Made by a program: the position numbers and the translations under genes. Source: Xylographa opegraphella (lineage: Eukaryota). From it: a stretch of DNA of 64,000 nucleotides. Positions within the stretch are counted from its first letter, which is position 1. Each line of letters begins with the position of its first letter. This document shows positions 51,401-63,654 of the stretch, piece after piece. The DNA is taken from assembly GCA_022813865.1 (NCBI GenBank), contig JALDZX010000055.1:1-64000 (forward strand). The letters are read 5' to 3'. The notes beneath the pieces were generated by a model that was given only the letters and a program-made list of their open reading frames with translations, ran no database searches and was not told where the DNA came from.

Positions 51401-54400
51401 TGATGAAGGACGTATCACTCAGGGAGATGGTCGACAAAAACGCATGCGTCGTGCAGATGACGACGGGGATTCAGTTCCCGTCTTTGCAACCCCCAGTCAA
51501 GAAGCTGTTTTGGAGCTTGGTCCAGTCGTCGACACCAACCTGCAAGCCAAGGATGATGCAAATTTAAATGATCTACTTTCCAGGAATGATACATTAGCAT
51601 CCCCAGCCGAAAAAGCGACAGACCAGCTCAAGGATTTGCTAAATAAACTTGACGCTTCTGGAGCTTCAAGCCCGGTAGGAGACCACAGTAGTGTCGGCGG
51701 AGTTGAAAAAGAAAGCGAATCGTTCGAGTTTGAAGACAAATTTGAAGCAGCCTCCTTTAATCTTGCTCGTCCAAGATCTTCCACGCCAGTTATGACAGGT
51801 TTCAATCAAGATGAATTCTCAGACTCAATGTCGCAACGGAATGACACTGCAGCTAACAATGCTGAAAGCTCCACCACAGAAGACGGTCCAAATGGCGAAG
51901 AAATATCACTCACTGCAACGATACAACCATCAGAGTGGAATGCGGATACTGCAATCTATCAGTCTGATGTAGACAGCAACCTTTCTATTTCCGACTCGAA
52001 GGCTGTAAATGATGGCTTAACAGCGTCTCGATATGTCCCAAGGGCCGATTCTCTTGAAATAGTTTCACCCGCGCATGAAAGTTACCTATCTCATAAGGAG
52101 GACTTCTCGTCATCTGCAAGGTCTTCATCAGTTGAGCGGTATATCAGGGATGATGGTATTGATCCTGAACCTTCGTTTCAAGAAATCGATGCAGTGATGA
52201 AACATCTCAATGAGGATTCCGAGGCTGGCGTCGAGCGCCTGAAAACCACAGAAATGGATGGAAGTGAAGCACAAACCCACTCTAGGAGTGCCACTCGTAG
52301 CTCTTTGCCGATTCGTCACGGGACGCCTGTCACAGATCATCATTTGTATGCTCTCGACCAACACAAAGTCCCGTCTTCGAGTCCCAATAGACTCCAACAG
52401 CCATTTCAATACTTGCCTCAGCGAAGTTACGGGTCTTCTGAAAGTGCTGCAGCTGAACTTGTCGCAAGAAGCGCTCGTTATAGTCCTTCATACAAACCAG
52501 CAAAGCTAGAGCAGACATCCTTAGACTCCCCTATTCATCGACTTAATGATGCTACACAATTACCAGTCAGTGATTGGGATGACGTGGTGTCTTCTACCGA
52601 GGAAGCCAAATTTCAGTCACGAAGCAGTTTCTTCGATCACAGAATCAATAATCTAGTTGGAGCAGCTGTGCGAGAACAATTGAAGTCTCTCGAAAACAAT
52701 ATATCGGAGATAAGCAACTCCGTAGCTCAATTGGTTGACAGATCGTCAGCAGGAAGACTTCCGAGGAGTGCGTCTGCACAGATAAAGAACAGTGACGCTG
52801 ATGATGAAGATGACGATGGCAACTTCACCCAAACTCGGGCAATGTCTCCGTTGAAAGAGAGAAAATACGAAAGACTCAAAGCATCTCTTCTGGAAAGTGT
52901 AGCAAATCAAGGAAAAGCTAACTTTGAGGAAGGTTTTGCGGAAATCATGGGGACATTAACGGACCTTAAAACCGCCCTTAAGCAGCAAAAGTCGGATTCG
53001 ATTGCTGAGATCGAGTCTACCGCACAGGAAGTCATTGATAAGCACCTCCCTGGCGAATCGGCACCGATCGTGTCAAGTCGTCAGTCTGCCACTTCAGAGA
53101 AATATCAGCTTCACATATCCGGCCTTGAGAGTATGCTCAAAATTGCAGAAAGTCGTGCAGATGAGGAACTGAAAGCTCGAATATTGGCTGAAAATGCTTT
53201 GGAAGACAGTCAGCAGCTTTTACGCCTCGCTCAAGCTGATGCAGCAGCACAGCGTGAGTCTGCCGAGGAAACTGAGCGTAGTCTTCGAGATTTCCACGAA
53301 GAGCGATTACAAGCTGTGCAACGTTCTACCCTACTCGAAATTACGCAAGTAGATCTTCAGAGAACAGTTGCTGGACTCAATGAGAAAAATGCCACTTTGG
53401 AAGACACTCTTGAGGAGTACCGGCTATCTAGCGCTCAATGGAGAGAAGAAATAGACGAGGCGAAGACCAATAACAGCAATTTAGACCGTACGATACACGC
53501 ACTAAAAGCAGAGCTGGAAGACGGTATCCGAGGGCGTCACATGCTGCGGACCAAGCTTAACAGTCTTCAAGAAGAAATGACGAATGCTGCCCGCAACATT
53601 GCTCGAGACCAGTCGTCATGGAGGCACAAGGAAGAAGAACACAAGGCTAGACACGAAATGCAGAATGCCAGACTTGAGGCAGAAGCTCGCACACGCGAGA
53701 GGCTGGAGCTTGAAATTGAGCGACTTGAGGCGCAAGAGAAGGAAGCAATGAAATCTCGTTTTCTCGTCGATCAAGTCCAGGGGGAGAATAGCAGACTAAT
53801 CACGCTTGTCAACGAATTGAGGCAGGAACACGAACAGGCGCGGAAGGACTCGGCTCGATATCAGCGCGAACTACACGATGCAAAGGAAACTGGTCGACTA
53901 GACATCCAACGAGTACAAAATGCTATGGAGGCAGACATGGAAAAGGCAAATCAGGAAGTACAAATAGTGAGAAAAGATTGCGAAAGTCTGATCGCTAGAT
54001 TGCAAACACAGCTTGAGGATGCTCAAGCAGACGCTAAAGCTCTGAAATCTAGATATGAGCTCATGTTAGAGGAGGCGTCCGAGTCGAAAGACGAAGCTCT
54101 TCGGAATGCTGCAGAGGCCAGAGACGCTGCTTTGCAAGAACACTACCGGTTTCATGAACATTCCCTGGATGAGCTGAAGAGACTCCATGAACAAGTGCTG
54201 GCAGCCACGTTAGAACGAAAGGATCACGCATTGGCAAACGCATCGGAGGACAAGCGCCTTACGGAGCTCTATTTGGGAAAACGTATCAACTTAGCCGACG
54301 AGAAAATCCTACATTATCAGGATCGTATTACACATCTAGAGGAGAAGCTTGAGATTGCGAGGTCAGCCGCTCAAGCTGCGGTACAGGCTGCGCAATCAGC

Positions 54401-55313
54401 GAGAGGCTCACCAAGCCCCGCTGTAAATCGCGATCAAGTATCAGTCTCTAGGGGCTCTGATGTTAATGGTAAAATATCCCCCCAAGCTCTCAGAGAGTCG
54501 ATCCTCGTGCTACAGGAGCAGCTTCACCAGCGGGAAAGCCAAATCGAGAATCTTGAGCAAGAATTGGCAAATCTTGACAAGGATGCGCCTACGAAGATTA
54601 AAGATCGCGACATTGAGATATCTTGGCTTCGGGAACTATTGGGTGTTCGTATCGATGACCTCCAAGACATCATCGGCACATTGTCACAGCCTTCTTTCGA
54701 CCGCGATGCTGTCAAAGACGCTGCAATCAGACTGAAGGCTAACCTTCAAATGGAACAGCAAGAGAAGGAACGTGCGATCGCTGGAGGGCAGAGTTTCCCC
54801 TCGCTTGCAAGCATTTCAAATCTAGCAGCCTCTCCGCGAACCCTGCCTCTTGCTGCTGCTGCTGCTTGGGGCAATTGGCGCAAAGGACAGTCCACCTTCG
54901 CCAGTCTCTCAGAAATGGCCAATGGCAGTGCGAGTCAAACGCCATCGAGGTCATCTCCGCAAAGCTTTCTCTCTGGATTGTTGACACCGCCAAGCACGAA
55001 TATAAGGCAAACTCCACAACCAACAGCTCCAGCTCCAGCTCCAGCTTCTCGGTCAAAGTCCGCGGAGTACCGTCCCTTACGTGGATACTCTACACCACGG
55101 CAGAGCACTTCGCGAGCTGGTGGAGGGAGATCGATCCACGATCACCCACCACCGGAGACACCACAGCTTCTCCGGAAAACTTCATATGATCAGGATGCAC
55201 AAAGTGGACACTATAGCTTGGAAAGATATGCGGCGGAGGACGATGAGAGCACAGCCGATGGCAATGTAAGGGGGGAGGACGAAGGACCATTTGGACCGAA
55301 CATCGAAACTTGA
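48469..55313 (+). CDS. Very large low-complexity/coiled-coil protein (often auto-annotated 'myosin class II heavy chain-like'); start uncertain
   Basis: Stop-free frame 48459-55313; first in-frame ATG only at 49380. KRVVWRGKTCVIALP, PAM2-like SKLNVNAREFVF / RLNVAAPAFMP, long C-terminal coiled coil, ISWLRELLGVRIDDL. No myosin motor motifs seen. Confidence 0.85.
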
Positions 55314-56020
55314 CAGTACAATTTTCTTTCGTACCTGGTTGAAAAGATATGGGTTGATTTGAGCCTGAGGAATTGTGTGTTGCGGTATATGCCCAACAAG
55401 ATTGCGAAACAGCATGGATTTGTGGTTGGATATACCCCCTTCTCGTCATTTGTATCCTCTCTTAGTAGGGACAGAGTAGTTTAGCTTTCGTCGCCGTTAT
55501 GGTAGTTGATTACATGAACATAGGACTTTTGATTAAATGTTATTATATTACGCATTGCTTTATACCAACACGTTGATAATTAATCCACCCAGCTTTGCTC
55601 AAAATCGCATCGCGTGAGCCCTAATTCAGCGTAACGGTTATACCAGCCTTCTAGCTATCAGGTGTCATTGTTCGTGGTTCTCTGCTATTATACACTTCAA
55701 CAGGACCCCACACCACTATTTCGATCAGTTCGCTGGGTACTCAATCACATACACTTGCGGTCCTCGAAGAATACTGCGTACTAAATCTGATTTATGCTGT
55801 CACGGTGCTATACAACTGCATTCTATAGGGGCAATTCGTCCATTTGATATTGTTTATCAGCCTTGATAATCCTACCATTAATGGCTCTAGACATTTTTGC
55901 ACCTGTGGACACGATCTACCATGATCCTTCCTGTCAACCTTCCCATCAGTGCCGAATCTGACCATGCTGCAACTCATCAAAGTAGCGTTTTGGCTGTCCC
56001 CTCTCTTCCCGTTGACAGCT

Positions 56021-56710
56021 ATGCAATTCATGATGTCCTTGTGGTCGTTGACCTGGAGTTCTCTATACGATGCATTGGTAGCCACTCTTAGCTCAAAATC
56101 GGGGTCCCTCTAAACTTCATGTCCACTTTCGGCGGCTCGACAACTACTTTCAGGATTCATGTTGACCAAGATCTCATCCAGGAGACTACTCTGAACTCCA
56201 TTATTGGCCGCTGAACCATCGATCTAGATGACCGAGTCTGCTTAACAGTGCCGCCCACGCATAGTATGACTCCGCCAAATGATTACTAGTAAATTGGCAC
56301 TATCGGATTGTCGTTCTAAGAGTACCTTACCTTGGTCGTCGACAGCTATTCCTATGCTGAAACAATCCAAACCCGTATCTCTCCACTTCATACACCAACG
56401 CTCCAATCGTACCGATACCATTCCGTTGAACTTTCTTCATGGCAGCTTCGTGGAAGCTGGCAGTCTTCTCTATAATCTGCTCAGCCCTCCCAACTCATCG
56501 TCGCCTACACTTCATGTGATAGCACCGAGTATACCAAGCTTTGCCTTTCTTACTTTCCCCGTGAAGCCTTGGTTTAGCTGTCCGGAAAGCCGCAAATACT
56601 TCTCTTTTGCTAATGCTGCAGCTAAGCTATACTTACCACATTATCCAGGGTGGTGATTACAGCGAATCCATCCTCTGTCTCATAGTCAGTGAATGACCAT
56701 TCCTTAGCGT
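56021..56710 (+). pseudogene. Epoxide hydrolase (EHN + alpha/beta hydrolase) pseudogene
   Basis: Fragments FRIHVDQDLIQET, LHFIHQRSNRTDTIPLNFLHG-SFVE (WPG missing), LHVIAPSIPSFAF, then frameshifted LMLQLSYTYHIIQGGDY; in-frame stops; 3' half absent. Confidence 0.8.
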
Positions 56711-57179
56711 TCTTGGTCTTGCCTTAGCCATCGTATATGATAATGATAAAGCGCGGTACCTCAGCGATGTTGAGTCTCAGCATTGCTCAAGTCAACAGTG
56801 ACTCTGTATCCATAATACAACTTGACAAGCGAAGTGATTTATTCTCGGTCCTCAAGTGTCTAGACTTGCTTCCGCCGCAATCCGGCAAGCTCCTTGATAT
56901 GTGAATCATGACACCCACTCTTTCCTGCTCGCTGGTCCCACGGCGAATGTTTGGCGGAAGTGCCACAGGCCCAAAGAGGACTAGTGCGACTGGCTTGATC
57001 TGTCTGCCTCGTTTCTTGACCTTATCATGTAACCTCTCTGACCTACCGTACGTATCCCTTTGTAATTCTTCTGCTGTTCGAGTTACTAGCTTCTTTTCGA
57101 GCTGATCACGAGGTTTCTGTGTTTTCTCGCGGACGTGAAGCAAATGTATCGTCAGTAGTGGACTAATCGCATCCTCACC

Positions 57180-59906
57180 ATGGCCCTCCAAGTAGCACTC
57201 TCCCAAGCGGCCTACGATGACAATATTGAGCTGGAAAGTATAAGTGGTGATTCAACAGGCTCGTCTGGCTATATGACTCCACCAGAGAGACCGTCGACTC
57301 CAAATACCCAAATCAGTCAAATCCCTTCCGTCTTCGCGAGGCTTCCACCCCAGGTAATGGTATTATACCACCAACCCTTGGGTCTTGCTCCTATGACATG
57401 TTTGCCACCTTGGAACATGATAATGAAGTACATGAAATTTGTTGCTCTCTTTGCTGTAGCTGTGGTTGTTGTACCGCCAGCATTCTCTGGGATGTCGGAT
57501 GGAAGGAAAAGCGCAAGGCTCGCGGAATGGGGTGCGATGGTAACCTACCGGCAGGCATGTCTTGTAAGCTCCAGACTGTGCAAATTGTGACTCATCTTGG
57601 TCTTAAGTTGATGTATACAGAATGCAACGTCCGTGACCTCGCAATGCGAGGAGCTTCTCAGTCGACCTTTAGATCCGCCTCCGGATGTTGACCTTTTGAA
57701 TCTGAACAAACGCTTTATGGTCGCCCGTGAAGTTCAGGGCGACCACAAATTCCAACCGCAAAGTCATTGGGTCCTTGAATCGGTTTATGCCATATATGTT
57801 GTATCTATAGCTTTCCTTGCGTTGTTTCATGGAAGGCGATGTGTTACCGTCCTAACCAGTCTGTTACAACTTGTTGTCTATGTTACATTGGCAACAGTAC
57901 CCGGCTTGAAATCGTCTTCAAGGAATCGTCGGATGCAGCGACTCAAGCGCCTGCTTGTTTCGCTGGGAGATAGTAGTGACTTTACCAGCCTTCTCATCAC
58001 ACCTGAGACAATACTACCTATCACAGCACAGGAGATTCGAGGCGACTCGTCGGCCATTGATTCGGGAGCACAAGTTTCGAATCTACGGCGACTAGCAAAT
58101 CGGGGCAGTTCGAGAACGTTTACACTACTAGAAGCAGCTAGCGCTGGAAGCACTACAGCGGTCCAAGAGCAGTTATCTCTAGGCAAAAATCCGAATACAT
58201 ATTATGGAATCTGGCCCAACTACCCCCTGCTGGCTGCTGTACGAGGGAATCATCTCGCTACTGTACAGCTACTTCTTCATTCAGGCGCAAATCCCGATAC
58301 TTCTACCGAATTCAGCCTGACTAGACAGCAGCAGCAGGTCCTAAGATTCCAAAAGGTTGAAGCTGACGATGAGCTCTTGAGGGTGCGGCTTAACCGATTA
58401 TACAGTACATATTGGCGAGGTGACCGGCAACAGACGTCCTACCTGGAAAGTTCTGAATCGGAGACAGCGCTACATATCGCTGTGGGATTGGATCAAGAAT
58501 GTATTGCCAATGCGCTCATCGTTGCCGGCGCTAACGTTGAATCTCTCCGGAGTGACGGACAGACACCTTTACACATTGCATCGCTGGAAGGTTCTACACG
58601 CTCCGCTGATACACTGCTTGTGCACGGCGCAGATCCAAATATGGTCGACAGAGATTTACAAACGCCTTTACATGTGGCATTACAAGAGCGTCATGACATT
58701 CTCGCAGGCCATCTGATCTGGGCAGGTGCTAATACAAATGCTAAAAATTACAATGGAGTCACTCCATTAATGATTGTTTGCCACAGGTACATCGATATGA
58801 CGATCGAGATCCAGAGGTGGCTCGTGGAATCTCCAGCACAGACATGTGGAGGGCAGTCCAATGATTCAATCATCAACAGGAACCAGCCTGAGCTCAAGGT
58901 TGATCCTGAAAATGTTCTCAGAGGTGCTCCAGAGGACAGCTTGCTCGGAGAAGAAACCTCGGAAGATCCAAATACAAGCTCTCGGTCAAGACTGTCGAGC
59001 TCGGTTACATCTTCTGATTGTGACCTGGAGCCGATCCTCCATCTTCTGGTCCGCGGTGGAGCGAATGTAGATGTCGTGGACCAGCAGGGTCAATCGTTGC
59101 TTCACATGGCAGCAATAGGTGCACACTTCGCTTTAGTGGACTTCTTGATCTCCAAAGGCGCGAATGTTAATATTCAGGACATGAATGGACAAACGCCTCT
59201 GCACCATGCGTGTCGGATCCGGGATATTGCAGTTGCCAAGCTGCTCCTTGGGGCAAAGACAGACACGGAGATATTGAGCCACAATGGTAAAACAGCTCTA
59301 CACATCGCAGTTGAGTTTGGACATATCCCTCTGGTACGCCTCCTCTTACTTTATGGTGCGAACATCGATGCGCCCTTCCGCAGCCGCTCACTTATCATGG
59401 AGCTCGCAACTTCACGCGGCTGGACGGATATCGCCTCATACTTGTTGGACAGCGGGAGTACTCTCCAGTTGGGCTGGCCCGGTATGAAGTCTCCGTTGTA
59501 CATAGCGGTGGAAAAGGGAAACCGGGGACTCGTCGAGTTCCTTCTTAAACATGGCGCCCCCCCTCGACTTGGACAGATTACGAAGAGCAACGATCCGCAA
59601 ATGTCTTATACCCCACTAGGACAAGCTATCGCAAGTGACAATGTCGACATTGCCAGGCTTTTGACGCAGCACGGAGAGAACGTAAGGTCCGTACTCCGTA
59701 ACGGCGGCACATATTTATGGAACTGCATGTCTCGCAACCCGCTGGCCAGTGCTCATATGATCGACTTTCTGTTAGCGGAAGGGGTCGATGTCAATAAGAA
59801 GAACCACGATGGCGAGACGGTGATCTACGCTGCGAGGGCCAAAGGGTTTCCAGAATTCGCCGAATATCTGGAGGGCCTCAACGCTGGAAAGGAGAAGATT
59901 GATTAG
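57180..59906 (+). CDS. Membrane-anchored ankyrin-repeat protein, 2 exons
   Basis: Exons 57180-57563 and 57621-59906 (phase-0 intron). TM FVALFAVAVVVVPPAF, LAEW...YRQAC..SQCEELLSRPLDPPP, 1-2 more TM segments, then >10 ankyrin repeats (GQTPLHIA, GKTALHIAV...). Confidence 0.85.
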
Positions 59907-60300
59907 GTTAGGCTTGTTTATGCGATTTCGATATAGTTCGGTGCTCAGCGGAATGGACTTTGACGGATGAACATATTGAGATAGATCAGTGCGGATTTGA
60001 TACCTGGAAGGTCATCGGTGGGGGGTGTTTATGAATGACCATTTACGAGCAAGGAGATTATATTGCTATAGCCTTACATACACCAAATCCCGAATTTGAC
60101 GCCGAAATGAAGATCAGGATCGTGGCGGTGTATTGATCATATCACAACTGATACTATGCATGACCAGGAAAGATGAAGGCGACTGCCACAGCTAGAATCA
60201 GGATATCCAGTTGAGAGGAACCACGGAGAACAGAAGCTGAGATTTGTTCGGAAAACTTAGTCGATGGTCGTGGCGAAAGGAAGCAGTGGCAGGTTTGCAG

Positions 60301-60330
60301 GCGGAGGCGGAGGCGGAGGCGGAGGCGGAG
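60301..60330 (+). repeat. (GCGGAG)5 hexamer microsatellite
   Basis: Directly visible. Confidence 0.9.
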
Positions 60331-60610
60331 GAGGATGAGGAGGGGTGAAAAGGAGGCATTGTCGATAGGAAGAACTGCACGAGGTCGATGACCGATGTCG
60401 GCATCAAATTCCGTAGTCAGAAGCATTCACGGTAACGTTGATAGACTAGCACCGGTCTCCTGGGACAAATCGTAAAGAGTTGATGAACCCCCTTCTTTGT
60501 TCATGTGCATAACAAGCGGCGAATATCTGAAACAAACGCGAAAGAATTCTATTGTCATCCTATGTGAAGACGTATATAATAATTTTGTGCCAAATTCAAT
60601 TATTGATGTT

Positions 60611-60682
60611 GGATCTGTGGCGCAATGGTAGCGCGTCCGACTCCAGATCGGAAGGTTGCCCGTTCAAATCGGACCAGGTTCA
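60611..60682 (+). tRNA. tRNA-Trp (anticodon CCA), intronless
   Basis: Acceptor GGATCTG/CAGGTTC, D-arm GCGC-AATGGTA-GCGC, anticodon arm TCCGA-CTCCAGA-TCGGA, T-loop TTCAAAT; TATA-like tatataat ~38 nt upstream. Confidence 0.95.
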
Positions 60683-60712
60683 CTGTTGTGGCTCTGCTAC
60701 TGTAGTGATTAC

Positions 60713-60719
60713 TTTTTTT
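60713..60719 (+). terminator. Pol III terminator (T7) of tRNA-Trp
   Basis: T7 run 30 nt downstream of the tRNA 3' end. Confidence 0.75.
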
Positions 60720-61463
60720 GATCTTTGGAGATATAGATCTTTGCTCCTACGAATGTTTAGAAACAATATGGTTTTATATACAATAGGATTGTGTTGGTAC
60801 GCAGGCACCCCGTGCTTACTCGAATCCCTCGCATGAGGCAACTCTATAAGTTTTTTGGTGATCATTTTCAGACAGACTGTCAGACATGCTTTCTATTCAA
60901 AAGCCATAAGTATATAGGAAGTGTATATAAATCCATTCAAGCATCGTCAGACGAATAACATATGAAACCCCAAATCATCCCCAACCCAATTCACATTTCC
61001 CAGCTCCCAAACCCTCTTCGCCCGACCAGCCTCATCAAGCTCTCTCTCCTTATCCAACTACTCCAAAAACCTCCAACATTGCAGACCACACCCTCACAAA
61101 CGATACCATCAAGCCGCCTCGACACAACACACCCATCCCCCCTCGCCACCATGTCCCGACCCGCAACGATCGACCTCCGCACCGAGCCGCCTGACGAATC
61201 GCGCGCCTCCAAGCCTGCACATGGGCCCCCCTCGTCATCGCGGCCCTAGCCCTCAGGGCCTCCCACTTCACCGCCTCCATCCGGCTGGCTGGCTGGCCGC
61301 CAGGCAGTTGGCGCGCTCGCCATCTCTCGCCATCATCGAGTGTGACTCGTAGGGTATCTAAACTCCCATAACCCCCCCATCCGCCGGGCCTTTTACGAAA
61401 AACCAATTTCGAGTCACTACCTCTCATCAATCAAATCCACAACGACCGCACAACCGCACCATA

Positions 61464-61937
61464 ATGCCCTCCTCCTCCTCCTCCACCGCCGCTGCCACAG
61501 ACGACGCCCCTCCCCCATCCTACCACCACCACCCGCCCCCACCCCGCACCACCTCCCCCCCCTCCCTCCGCTCCCTCCCCGCCTACACCCCCTCCCGATG
61601 GGGCAACTACGCCAGCGAGGCCGACTACCTCGCCGCGCTGCGGGCGTGGGTGGAGGAGAAGCAGTACGTGAGCGCGGCGGCGCCGGGGGAGCGGCACGCG
61701 CTGGTGGGGTTTTATGGCGCGAAGACGATGAGTGATTATGCGGGCGGGGTGGGTGGGGGAAAGAAGAAGGAAAGGAGGAAGAGTGAGGCGCTGGTGGGGG
61801 AGGGGGGGATGCAGGGCGAGGGCGAGGGAGAGGGAGGGAGGAGGAGGAAGAGTAGTTTGGGGGAGTGGTTGAGGGGGAGGAGGGCGGGTGGGGGGGGCGT
61901 GAGTGGTGTGGGGAGGGGAGGGGAGGGGAGGGGGTAG
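61464..61937 (+). CDS. Small conserved fungal hypothetical protein (157 aa)
   Basis: cataATG start; complex core LPAYTP..NYASEADYLAALRAWVEEKQY...LVGFYGAKTMSDY flanked by low-complexity ends; RRKSSLGEWL. Confidence 0.7.
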   Translation: MPSSSSSTAAATDDAPPPSYHHHPPPPRTTSPPSLRSLPAYTPSRWGNYASEADYLAALRAWVEEKQYVSAAAPGERHALVGFYGAKTMSDYAGGVGGGKKKERRKSEALVGEGGMQGEGEGEGGRRRKSSLGEWLRGRRAGGGGVSGVGRGGEGRG

Positions 61938-62665
61938 GCATCGACGGCGGTTGACTATCATCGACATCTGGCAGGTTTTTGGGTGGTGGATATGGGTTGC
62001 TTTGGGGTTATACGGCAGCTCTCTCGTTCCCGAGAATTGCCCAACGCGCATATGTGGTTAGCAGTCTCTCCTTGACACATACGGAATAATACCACGAACG
62101 AAACCGATACCGCAGCAACGACCACCCCGTTCATATCTCGCTCAACCCCTCTCCACCCATCCCCCATCAAATCCACCTCCCCCGAGAATCCGCACCACTA
62201 GCAGCTTCCCCAAACGTCTTCCTCACCCCCGTGCAAGTCCTCGTACGAACCCCTCCCTGGCTCTCTTCAAGCGTGCAAGACTTTCTCTGCCCCTGAGTTG
62301 GTATATAAGGACTCCCGCAGCCCATCTCCCCTTTCTTCCGCTCGAGCATCCAGCGTCCAGCGAGCAGCGGCAATTAAATCATATCCTCTTGAAATCCACC
62401 AGCGTAGCAAGATAATGCTCACCATGCATGAAAGCTTCCTTCGGAGCACCATACCTTCCATACTACACCATCCTCATTCCTCCTCAACCCTCTCCCCTCG
62501 CTCCCTCTCTCACCCACGCATCCACAACCTTCCTCCCTCCCCAGCACCACATCACCAACCCAGCAGCCATTCAACCCCACCCCCACCCAAGCCACACACC
62601 ATCCACACATCGTGCACACATAATGCACTTAACTCCACCCCTTCCGCGCACGCCACGAGCCCATC

Positions 62666-62700
62666 TCCAGCTCCAGATCCAGATCCAGATCCAGCTCCAG
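62666..62700 (+). repeat. (CCAGAT/CCAGCT)n hexamer repeat
   Basis: tccagctccagatccagatccagatccagctccag. Confidence 0.8.
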
Positions 62701-63654
62701 CGCAGCTATTCGACCTTTCGTTCGTCCGTCCGTCGAAGAATTCCCTCGGCCCCGCTCCGCCCCGCTGCACTGTCCATGCTATGCCATACCATACGATGCC
62801 ATGCCATGAGCCACTAAAAGTGAAAGGTGTGTGCCAGATCGACTTACCCTGCTCTACCATGCTCGCCATGCTGCCACCTCCCAATCGCCTCCCTCTCCAA
62901 CCCCTCTCCCTCCCCCTCTCCCTCCCCCTCTCCCCTCTCCCTCCCATCTCCCCTCACCCACTCGACATATAAACAGAGAAAAAGAATCCATTCCCAAGAC
63001 TTTCCTAGCTAACCATTTATTTATCCACAAAAAAAAAAAGATTCCATCAACCTCCAACACCCAACACTCAGCAGCACGAAACCTCTGGACGTCAGACGGG
63101 GGCAAAAAAGTCGCTAGTTGTGAGCGCGAGTCGGAAGTGGTAAGCGCAGACGGGGCATCGGGGCGGGGAGAGGGGACGCCGGGTTTGGGAAGGGGGGGGG
63201 GGGAGGGGGCCCAGGGGAGCGATGGCAGGCAGGGTAATATGCCCCTGCAACAACACAAAGGAAAAGAGAAGAAAGACATTGGGCGTGTGTGCAAATCTCC
63301 AATCCGAGGGGGAAAAACATCATCAATACAGACATGCAACCAGTCACTCCCACCTAAAGCAAAGCGTCATGCCATCTACCCCATCACGCCCACAAGACCC
63401 ACGACAGCCCCAGGCCCACGACTACAATCACCGGCACGGGCAACAGCACAAGTCTATTAGTTAATGTGTATGCAAACTACTGCACCGTAAGCTTACGTAT
63501 ATGTACACGTCCTCGTCAACTTTTCACCGGCACAGGAGGGAAAGGAAAAACAAGGAGTCCGAGTTGAACCAGTTGTTCACAAGCCCAAGCCATGTAGTTG
63601 TACCAAGGAAAACACAATACACTCGGGGCCGTGTACGTCTGCCATCCCCACCGT

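Noticed and set aside
48459..55313. Call as a true myosin heavy chain
   Set aside because: No P-loop (GESGAGKT) or motor domain; only coiled coil.
62298..63460. Long Pro/His- or Gly-rich ORFs downstream of PMA1
   Set aside because: By-products of C/G-skewed low-complexity DNA lacking stop codons; probably PMA1 3' UTR and intergenic sequence.
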